Origin: Candidatus Poribacteria bacterium | GTDB taxonomy: Bacteria; Poribacteria; WGA-4E; PCPOR2b | Reading direction: 5' to 3' | NCBI GenBank assembly: GCA_965208675.1 | Contig: OZ242351.1 | Coordinates: 3,744,001-3,808,000 of the forward strand | Length of the DNA stretch: 64,000 nucleotides | The notes under the pieces: model-generated | Databases searched by the model: none | What the model was told of the DNA's origin: nothing | Seen by the model: the letters and a program-made list of their open reading frames with translations, nothing else | Shown here: positions 51,182 through 59,377 of the stretch, one piece after another | Position numbering within the stretch: the stretch's first letter is position 1 | Layout of the letters: each line of letters starts with the position of its first letter | Translations under genes and position numbers: made by a program

Positions 51182-52388
51182 AACATGCATCACCCAATTC
51201 GTTTTTGCAACTGCGGTTATCGGCCTCGTTGCCGGGCTTTGCGGTTGCGATATAGTAGCTGAACTATTGACCCAAACCGACGACGGTTCTGATATTGAAG
51301 CCCCTGCTCGTATTGACATCGGCTTGATTGCGCCGCTCACGGGCGAGTACGCCGCGCCGTATGGTCTATCGATGGAGCGCGGTTTTAATCTTGCGCGCGA
51401 CGAAATCAATGGGCTGCCGAATAACCTACTTACGATTAATATCCTACCAGAGGATGATATGAGCACCCGAGACGGTATGGTATCCGCGTTTGAACGACTG
51501 ATTCAGGCGGGCGTTCCCGCTATTGTCGGAATCGCCATCTCGGAGCACGCGCAGCACGCTTTCCCGATAGCGCAAGAGAATCGGGTTGTGGTTTTCAGCT
51601 CCGTGTCAGCCGCCGCCGGTCTGAGCAGCATCGGGGATTACATCTTTCGCGCTGCCCTAGCTGTAGATAAGATGAATCCGGCGGGTGTCAACATCACACA
51701 TGAGGCGATTGGTTATGAAAACGCGGCAATGATATTTGACGACGCCGATCTCTACTCCACGAGCAGCTACGAACACTTGGCGGCGGCGCTTTTGAACCGC
51801 GGCGTGGATGTGTTGTTGACCGAGACGTACCAGTCCGGCGACACCGACTTCACAGCGCAATTGACCGCGATAATGGAAGCTAACCCGGACGCGCTCTTTG
51901 TTTCAGGTCTGGCTCCGGAAATCGTGAGCGTGGTGGTACAGGCACGGGAGATTGGCATTGAGGCGGATTATATCGTTCCGGAATTAGGCATAAACGATAT
52001 TCAACAAGCGGGCGCCGCGGCGGACGGCGTTATCACTTTCACCGGTTGGGATAGCTCAGTGGACAATCCGATAAATCATGCGTTTGTTGCCAGCTATCAA
52101 GCGGCATACGGCATCGCGCCCGACCCGTGGGCGGCTCAGTCATACGCAGCGCTTTACATCCTTTACAGCGCAATTTTAGAGGGGTCAATTTCAACGGAAT
52201 CTACAACGATTGCGGTTCCTGATTCTGCCGCGATTCGCGACGCTTTGGCTGCAGTGCAAGACTTCGGCACCAACCTAGGGCTCTTCTCATTTGACGCCGA
52301 GGGCGAGGCGCTTTACGAGCCGGTTGTGCTGACAATCAAGGACGGCAGTCTAATACCGTTCCGCGGCCCAGGAATCGCGTCGCCGTAA
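51174..52388 (+). CDS. LivJ-type ABC substrate-binding lipoprotein (paralogue of 49268)
   Basis: Lipobox LCGC; motifs IGLIAPLTG, FPIAQEN and GDTDFTAQL. Confidence 0.9.
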   Translation: MIRTCITQFVFATAVIGLVAGLCGCDIVAELLTQTDDGSDIEAPARIDIGLIAPLTGEYAAPYGLSMERGFNLARDEINGLPNNLLTINILPEDDMSTRDGMVSAFERLIQAGVPAIVGIAISEHAQHAFPIAQENRVVVFSSVSAAAGLSSIGDYIFRAALAVDKMNPAGVNITHEAIGYENAAMIFDDADLYSTSSYEHLAAALLNRGVDVLLTETYQSGDTDFTAQLTAIMEANPDALFVSGLAPEIVSVVVQAREIGIEADYIVPELGINDIQQAGAAADGVITFTGWDSSVDNPINHAFVASYQAAYGIAPDPWAAQSYAALYILYSAILEGSISTESTTIAVPDSAAIRDALAAVQDFGTNLGLFSFDAEGEALYEPVVLTIKDGSLIPFRGPGIASP

Positions 52389-52409
52389 TACGCCTTTTGG
52401 CAGTTTTTG

Positions 52410-52587
52410 GTGGGAGAGGCTTCCTAGCCTCGATTATCAATCAGTCGATTTCTCCTTGTAAAAAATGAACCAAAATGACCATAACAAAGTGCTTTGGCTT
52501 ACGCTCCATCGTTCATATTTTCTAACGCAGTCAAACCATGTAACCCACACGGCGCATTGTCTATACCGCTCAACCGAACCTACAAAT
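52410..52587. repeat. Composite REP/MITE-like element; related copies at ~55518-55660, ~58436-58692, ~59212-59332 and ~9930-10043
   Basis: Shared gtgggagaggcttcctagcctcgattatcaatcagtcgat and/or gttacgctccatc...cgctcaacc.aacctacaaa blocks. Confidence 0.75.
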
Positions 52588-52706
52588 ACTCATTACGATT
52601 TACGTTTTACTCACTTTGTGCGCACCGCAAAAACCATATCAAAAATCTGCCTGCCGAATCTGAACGAATTTAAGGCATATATTAAAGGAGTAATTAAGTA
52701 GACCAA

Positions 52707-53678
52707 ATGACCCGAGACGAAGCATTTCGCATTTTGGGGCTGGAATACAATGCGACACTAGACGATGCCAAGAAAGCCTATCGTGACCGCGTGAAAGTCA
52801 TGCACCCGGACAAGGATCCGTCGTCCGGTGCAAAACTACGCTTTATACTTGTCCAAAACGCATACGAAGTGATTACGAACCAACTTGTGAAAGACAAGCC
52901 TGCAAAGCAGGTTAGTACACGACCGGAAAGAGAACATCCGGCAAAGACACGAACGCACCACACGGATAGAGAAACCCATGCTGTTCGCTACTTTGAGCAC
53001 GGTGTACAAATGTATGAACTCGAGCAATATGCCGATGCAATTGCGGAGTTCGACGCTGCGATTCTATTTAATCCAAACTTTGCGGACGCCTGCTACGCCT
53101 GCGGCATCGCGAAATATGCTTCTAGACAATACGCCGCATCAATTCCAGACTTTGACGTCGCAATACGGCTTTATCCTAATTTTTTGGACGACTGCCATTA
53201 TTGGCGCGGTAGGGCAAAGTATAAGCTAAAACAATATTCCGCATCGCTGGCGGACTTCGACGCTGCAATAGGGCTTGAAGTTAACGTTTGTGCATACTAT
53301 TACTGGCGAAGTACGGCGAAGTTTAAGTTAGGACAATATGCCGCTAGTGTTCACGACTACGACGAGGTGATTCGCTTGGAACCGGATTATGTTGACGCCT
53401 ACTACTGGCGTGGTAGGGCGAAGTATGAGATAGGACATTATGCGGCTAGCGTTCACGACTACAACAAAGCGATACGAATGAAACCGGATTATGCCGACGC
53501 GTATTGTCATCGAGGTAGGGCGAAGTACGAGTTGGAACAATACGCCGAAGCTGTTCAGGACTTTGATGAGGCAATACGTCTGAGACCGGGTCTTAAGTAC
53601 GCTAGATACGGACGATTCAGAGCGAGGAATGAGTTGAAAAATGGGAACACCTCCTACACTGAGCCAGTTGATTGGTAG
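52707..53678 (+). CDS. J-domain + TPR repeat protein
   Basis: AFRILGL...KKAYR...HPDK, followed by about six TPR units (YYWRGRAKY..QYA.SV.DFD.AIRL.P). Confidence 0.9.
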   Translation: MTRDEAFRILGLEYNATLDDAKKAYRDRVKVMHPDKDPSSGAKLRFILVQNAYEVITNQLVKDKPAKQVSTRPEREHPAKTRTHHTDRETHAVRYFEHGVQMYELEQYADAIAEFDAAILFNPNFADACYACGIAKYASRQYAASIPDFDVAIRLYPNFLDDCHYWRGRAKYKLKQYSASLADFDAAIGLEVNVCAYYYWRSTAKFKLGQYAASVHDYDEVIRLEPDYVDAYYWRGRAKYEIGHYAASVHDYNKAIRMKPDYADAYCHRGRAKYELEQYAEAVQDFDEAIRLRPGLKYARYGRFRARNELKNGNTSYTEPVDW

Positions 53679-53776
53679 AATCTCAGCGCACGCGCCAACG
53701 TGCCGCCGCTGTCCGCGTTGCGCTAGCAGAACTTTTGAAAATGACATAGCCTAACCAAGAACACAGGGAGAGAGTA

Positions 53777-54052
53777 ATGTCAAAATCAGATGGCGTTCCG
53801 ATTGGACAAACGCAGGAAGTTTTTCGCGCAATTGAATCGGGCAAAATACTAGAGAACGAGGAACTGTTCGGTCGTTTGGTGTGCTGGTGTTTCTATTGAT
53901 ATCAAGGCGTGCCGTTCGGCGTTCAAGAGGCGTGTCAGGAGGTCAAAAAGTGGACACGTGAAATAACTGAAAGCGTACAAAGTTATCCACAATTCTTCCA
54001 CAATGCGACTATTGCACTCCCCGACGCGCTTAAAAACAATCCTAAGGTCTAA
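53777..54052 (+). pseudogene. Small gene interrupted by one in-frame TGA (53897)
   Basis: SD gggag; 40 codons, TGA, then 50 more open codons to TAA at 54050-54052, which abuts a family hairpin. Confidence 0.45.
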
Positions 54053-54121
54053 ATGACGGGCAGCTGGCGTTTTTTGGGGTATACAGCACCCCATCCTTTC
54101 CGCCAGCAAATGCCCGTCACC
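54053..54121 (+). ncRNA. Putative structured RNA hairpin of the ATG...CRCC family
   Basis: TGACGGGCA/TGCCCGTCA, GCTGGCG/CGCCAGC and inner GGGGT/ACCCC; same architecture as 48234. Confidence 0.55.
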
Positions 54122-54448
54122 ATATTGCAGTTGTATTGAATTGTATTGGTTAAGGCGGTGAAATAAATGCCGATGTTGAAGCTATATCGAATAAGGAGGA
54201 TATAAGATGAAAGTTTAGGACATGAAAGTTGACGAGTTTGATTATCGCATTAAGAAGATTGTTAAAGACGAGTCTAGGCTGTCTATTGATTCAGCGTTAG
54301 AGAGTAAACTGCTGAATGGGGTACCTTGATAAATTTCGTCGAAAGCGCTGTGGATTTATCAATTCAAAAGCATGTTTCTGGTGATTAACAATCTATTCGC
54401 TTAATTTAATCGGTATGTAATCCTGAAAACAAAAAAAAAGGAGAAAAA

Positions 54449-55015
54449 ATGTTTCAACAAGTAATCGCCCGTTCTTTTTTGTGGTTAATCCCCCTTTTCG
54501 CGGTTCTCATTGTCGGAATCATCGCTTGTGGCGGTGACGAAGATGATGATACTGATGGACATGGTCATGAAAATGGTCATGAAAACGGTGATGTTAATGC
54601 TAATGATTGGGTTGGCACGTGGAAAATCGAAACCGTTGATGGTGAGGACTACGAGCAAGTCTTTGTAGAAAACTTAGAAGAAGAATTTGGAGAGGGCGTA
54701 AAAGTTTCCATTGTCGCCAACAGATACACGTTTAATAACGATGGCACACTAGAATCGGAATTTAAATTCAAGACGACAGGGAAAATAGGAGATGAAGACG
54801 TTTCTGGGACGCTTTCCCTTAAAGGAACGGGCACTTACGCCCTATCTGGCTCCAACTATACAATCACAGCCACACAGCGGGAAGAAGGAACTGGTTGGTT
54901 TGAAGGAGAGCAAGAAACCTGGACAGAGGATGAGTCCGGCACATGGTCAAGAGAGGGAAATTCCCTCACAATGAACAGCGATCAAGATGCTGTAGTTGTC
55001 TTGAAAAAGCAATAA
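54449..55015 (+). CDS. Lipoprotein, lipocalin-like beta-barrel
   Basis: Lipobox IIAC, acidic/His linker, WVGTWK, GTY, GTWS. Confidence 0.75.
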   Translation: MFQQVIARSFLWLIPLFAVLIVGIIACGGDEDDDTDGHGHENGHENGDVNANDWVGTWKIETVDGEDYEQVFVENLEEEFGEGVKVSIVANRYTFNNDGTLESEFKFKTTGKIGDEDVSGTLSLKGTGTYALSGSNYTITATQREEGTGWFEGEQETWTEDESGTWSREGNSLTMNSDQDAVVVLKKQ

Positions 55016-55191
55016 GTAGGATCGGATGACATTAGACATCTTTCCAAAATCATTCCGCCGCCCGATAGCCCCAGCGGGGCGGCAGGTGTAAAACGACTAC
55101 CCTCACATTGGGCTAATACGCTGTAGGGGCAACCCTTGTGGTTGCCCTTAACGCTTCGGTTTTGTCAACCACATTGAGTTAAATAGGAAAG

Positions 55192-55535
55192 ATGTCTATT
55201 GTAACTGCGCCGCCAGTAGACCCCGAATCCCCGTACTCGTTGCGGCGGATATTGGCATGGTAGATTCATTAACACGCGAGCGTTTTGGTCCGTATGGAGC
55301 GCCGATGCGGCGTGGATTTAATCTAGCGCGTGATGAGCCTAATCTTCCGATGGCGATAAACCTGATTCCGGCGGATGATATGCGCACGGCGCAAGAAATG
55401 ACAGAAGCATTTGAAAATCAGATTGAGATGGGTGTTCCCGCGATTCTAGGTATGGCGATATCGTCTTTTGTTCGGCAGGCTCTTCCGATAGCTCAACTTT
55501 TGTCGTTTGGGTTAAACGATCAACTGAGCGAATAG
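55192..55535 (+). pseudogene. Truncated fragment of a LivJ-type binding-protein paralogue
   Basis: PYGAPMRRGFNLARDE..MAINLIPADDM..GVPAILGMAIS resembles the 51174 gene; truncated at a GATCAA mini-repeat. Confidence 0.75.
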
Positions 55536-55745
55536 CGAAGGCGATAGTCTTACAGTCCTTACACCTAAATATCATCCATTTTCTATTAGTTTATGGGAGA
55601 GGCTTCCTAGCCTCGATTATCAATCAGTCGATCCATTCTTGTGTAGAATTGAACCGAAATGACTATATTTATTCAATCTGAGGCAATGCAGTTTGTCAAT
55701 TCGCCGCCGGCAGCAATTGGCTCAAGTTAATTCGGAGACTCTCAA

Positions 55746-58016
55746 ATGTCAAGCACACCTATCAAAAAGCAACCAATTGGTTTCATCTTTCTACTGTTAA
55801 TCTGTTTCTCAATGCCGTTAGATGCAAGCACCGTGCGTGTTCCTAGCGGCTGGCCGGGAGTCACTGTCACTGCCCCAGTATACCCCTTCCGCGAAAACAG
55901 ATCAGTGACGTGTAGCGTCAGTCCAAACAACGGGACTGCGACGGTATCTTGCCCAGACGTAACTAATCGCTGGGGCAACGCAAAGTTTACCTTGCTCTTT
56001 CATGAGAATGCCTGCGGCACATACAAAGTCAGATTGTGGACCGATACCCACCCCGAGACTTTTACTGAAATTACAGTAGTACATTATGAATCGTGCCCGA
56101 CTCCGCCAGCTCCGACACTGGAAAAAATCTCTGACGACAATCAGGTCACTGCACCCGGTGACAGCGTGATTTTCACCGTCGAATTTCAGAATTCGGACGG
56201 AAACCCCATACCGGACGTAGATTTGACCTTTTCTATTCAATCCGGAGACGAATCCAGCGCATCGTTGAATCCTGTGACGGCAACGACGGATGAAAATGGA
56301 CGCGCCGTGACGACGCTCACCCTCGGAACCGACGCAGCGGGCCAATACACCGTCAAAGCCTATCCAAGCGATATGCCCGACATCTATACAGAATTTACCT
56401 TAACCGTTGACCCCTCACTCCGGCGGGCGGCGCGATTGGAGAAATTATCCGGAGATAACCAGACGGGGCTCATCGGCAGCGTGTTGGCAAATCCATTTGT
56501 GGTCGAAGTCCGCGATCAAAATGGCGCCCCATTGGAAGGGGTACCGGTCACGTTTGCCGTCATCGCCGGGGTTGGCGCATTGAGCCGCCCAACTTCAACC
56601 ACAGACGCCGCTGGACAAGCCTCTGCCACGCTCACGTTTGGTGATAGCCCCGGCGAGGTTGCCGTGGAAGCGTCCGTCGCAGGAGTAGATGAGACGGTTG
56701 TGTTTACTGCTACAGCGACACCGTTGTTTCCCGAACCCGCATACATTGACACAATTGAAGCTGCAGCGAATCCGGGCGATACCGGGACACAGCGGGTATA
56801 CGGCGTCGCGTTCAGTCCGAACGGTGAAATGCTTGCCAGCGCGCACAAAGATAACATTGTCCGGTTGTGGGAGGTTGAAACGCGGGAACTCATACAGACG
56901 CTTGAGGGTCATCGGTTTTCGGTGCGCTCGGTCGCCTTCAGTCCGGACGGCAACATATTGGCGAGCGGCGGCATGGATGCCAGAGTGTTGTTATGGGACC
57001 TTGATACGGGGCGACTCAAACGAATTATCAGACCGGGCGGCACCGTCTGGGGCATAGCCTTCAGTCCTGACGGGAACACCCTGGCAACTGGGACAGAGTA
57101 TGGGCATGTATCCATTTGGGACATTTCCAATTTGAGAAGAGTTGTGCGTAAGCATCGCATACGCGCCCACTCGGTTCGCGCGTGGAGCGTTTCCTTCAAT
57201 CCGAACGGGGACATGCTTGCCAGTGCCGGCGGCGATGCGGTTGTCCGGCTGTGGAATCCTGAAACCGGTGAAATCACAAAGGAGCTCTCCGGACACGAGC
57301 AACACGTATTGAGCGTTGCGTTCGGAGGTGCCAACACGCTTGCCAGTGCCGGCGCGGATGGCAGCGTCCGGTTATGGAATCTCGAAACAGAATCAAGCCG
57401 TGTTCTTGATGGGCATACCGGCTGGGTGTTCAGCACGGCATTCCACCCGAATGGTGAATTACTTGCTAGTACGGGTAAGGATAATAGCGTCAGGGTTTGG
57501 GACGCGGCAGCGGGTACGCCGCTCCAAGTGTTGGAACGCCATTCAAACTGGGGCAGGAGTGTTGCAATTAGCCGGGGCGGGATACTTGCGAGCGGCGGTT
57601 ACGACAATATGATTCACTTGTGGGATTTGGGTGTAAAGTTGGACGATATGGAAGATACAGAAGACATAGAAGAAACGGAAGAAAACGCCGGAGGTGAAGA
57701 TACGGAAGATACGGCGCCGCAGCAGTCGGCTGAGCTACTGCCGAATTTCCCGAATCCGTTTAATCCTGAGACGTGGATACCGTACCATCTATCGAACAAT
57801 GCCGATGTGGGTATCTCGATATACGATTCCAAAGGTGAGTTAGTGCGCTGGTTGGATTTAGGGCATCAGGCAGCGGGATATTATACGGATCGGACGAAAG
57901 CCGCGTATTGGGACGGACGTAACAACATGGGTGAGCAGGTTGCAAGCGGCACCTATTTTTACCAGTTGACAACGCCGTCGTTCAATCAAACACGGCGGCT
58001 CGTCATTGTAAAATAG
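55746..58016 (+). CDS. Secreted Big_1 (invasin-like Ig) x2 + WD40 propeller + C-terminal sorting/FlgD-Ig domain protein
   Basis: LEKISDDNQ/LEKLSGDNQ..TTD..G.A Ig units; seven WD40 units; LLPNFPNPFNPETWIPY...WDGRN..GE.VASG.YFY. Confidence 0.88.
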   Translation: MSSTPIKKQPIGFIFLLLICFSMPLDASTVRVPSGWPGVTVTAPVYPFRENRSVTCSVSPNNGTATVSCPDVTNRWGNAKFTLLFHENACGTYKVRLWTDTHPETFTEITVVHYESCPTPPAPTLEKISDDNQVTAPGDSVIFTVEFQNSDGNPIPDVDLTFSIQSGDESSASLNPVTATTDENGRAVTTLTLGTDAAGQYTVKAYPSDMPDIYTEFTLTVDPSLRRAARLEKLSGDNQTGLIGSVLANPFVVEVRDQNGAPLEGVPVTFAVIAGVGALSRPTSTTDAAGQASATLTFGDSPGEVAVEASVAGVDETVVFTATATPLFPEPAYIDTIEAAANPGDTGTQRVYGVAFSPNGEMLASAHKDNIVRLWEVETRELIQTLEGHRFSVRSVAFSPDGNILASGGMDARVLLWDLDTGRLKRIIRPGGTVWGIAFSPDGNTLATGTEYGHVSIWDISNLRRVVRKHRIRAHSVRAWSVSFNPNGDMLASAGGDAVVRLWNPETGEITKELSGHEQHVLSVAFGGANTLASAGADGSVRLWNLETESSRVLDGHTGWVFSTAFHPNGELLASTGKDNSVRVWDAAAGTPLQVLERHSNWGRSVAISRGGILASGGYDNMIHLWDLGVKLDDMEDTEDIEETEENAGGEDTEDTAPQQSAELLPNFPNPFNPETWIPYHLSNNADVGISIYDSKGELVRWLDLGHQAAGYYTDRTKAAYWDGRNNMGEQVASGTYFYQLTTPSFNQTRRLVIVK

Positions 58017-58728
58017 CGGGATTTGCAGAGGATAGCGTAGTCAGACCAATCATTTTAACACAAGTTGCTAGACGATAAACCAAGCACCAGAGACTGGCAC
58101 ATTTGTCGGGAATTGGAATTCCCTCCTACAATAAGCGGGCGGTAGGAGCGATCTCCGAATCGCGACTGGCTGGACTACAGCCGTCTAGGTATTGAAGGTT
58201 GGAATCAACTGAGCGGATAGCGAAGGATCAACCGACCGAATAGGGAGGGCGATAGTCTTCAAGTCTTCGAGTCTTCACCTCCAGAACCGCTGAACCGACA
58301 AGAGGCAAAAAATTCTCCCCCTTTACAAGGGGGAGCTAGAGGGGGTACAAAGATCGCCGGTAATCCAACTGAAGTTCCTCTAAGGGAATGCAGGCTATTT
58401 CTTCAGAGAATCAGTTTTTGTAGGTTGAGTTAAGCGATCAACTGAGCGGATAGCGAAGGCGATAGTCTTATAGTCCTTACACCTAATTATCATTCATTTA
58501 CCAATTGATCTGTGGGAGAGGTTTCCCAGCCTCAATAATCAATCAGTCGATTTCTCCTAATGCAAAAATGAAACGATATGAATATAACAAAAAGGTGTTG
58601 GGTTACGATCCATCAATCACATTTTCTTTCGCAATCAAACCGTGTAATGCACGCGGCACATTGTCTACACCGCTTAACCCAACCTACAAAAACTGATAAC
58701 CTTACGCGAAGAAAGAAAAGGCGGAATC

Positions 58729-58992
58729 ATGAAATACCTAAGATTGGTAACCCTACTTCTCGTTGTGTTTGTATTCTCAGGCTGTTTCCCCGGTGACGCT
58801 GCTCCTTACGAACGCGCCGGCTTTTTCAGCGGAGTTTGGCACGGCTTGATTTGCGTCTTCACCTTAATCGCCAGCTTCTTCACAGACGTGGGCATCTACG
58901 AAGTAAACAACAACGGGCGGTGGTACGAATTCGGATACATCGTCGGAGTTTTTCTTGTTTTTGTATTGGTTGGCTTTGGAAGTTCAACCTAG
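58729..58992 (+). CDS. Small membrane lipoprotein
   Basis: Lipobox FSGC; AGFFSGVWHG..IYEVNNNG.WYEFG and two hydrophobic segments. Confidence 0.75.
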   Translation: MKYLRLVTLLLVVFVFSGCFPGDAAPYERAGFFSGVWHGLICVFTLIASFFTDVGIYEVNNNGRWYEFGYIVGVFLVFVLVGFGSST

Positions 58993-59377
58993 CAATTTCG
59001 ACTATTACGACCAACTCCTGCCGGCGAACAGTATTTGTAGGTTGGGTTGAACGGATAAACCCAAATCCGTAACGATGGCATATTGCCGGTCGGAACATTC
59101 AAACAACACCCTTGGCAGAATAGGTGTAGCGTAACCCAACGATCAACCGAGTGAATAACGATTGCGAGGACATTCTCCGAAACCGCCACCGTTCAACGAC
59201 ACGATTCAAATTAAACAAAAAGTGTTCGGTTACGCTCCATCAATCATTTTGTCCAACCCAATCTAATCACTTAAAGCAAGCGGCATATTTAAAATTTTGT
59301 TGCCTACATCGCTTAACGCAACCTACAAAACTATTCCCCAATCAACCGTGGGACCATGAATACATTAATCAGATTGC

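Noticed and set aside
52465-52701. Short ORFs at 52465, 58505, 58578 and 59151
   Set aside because: They are chance translations of the composite repeat element.
47273-54121. Canonical integron attC sites or intrinsic terminators
   Set aside because: The ends are not RYYYAAC/GTTRRRY, no integrase is in the window, and most hairpins lack a 3' U-tract and have large internal loops.
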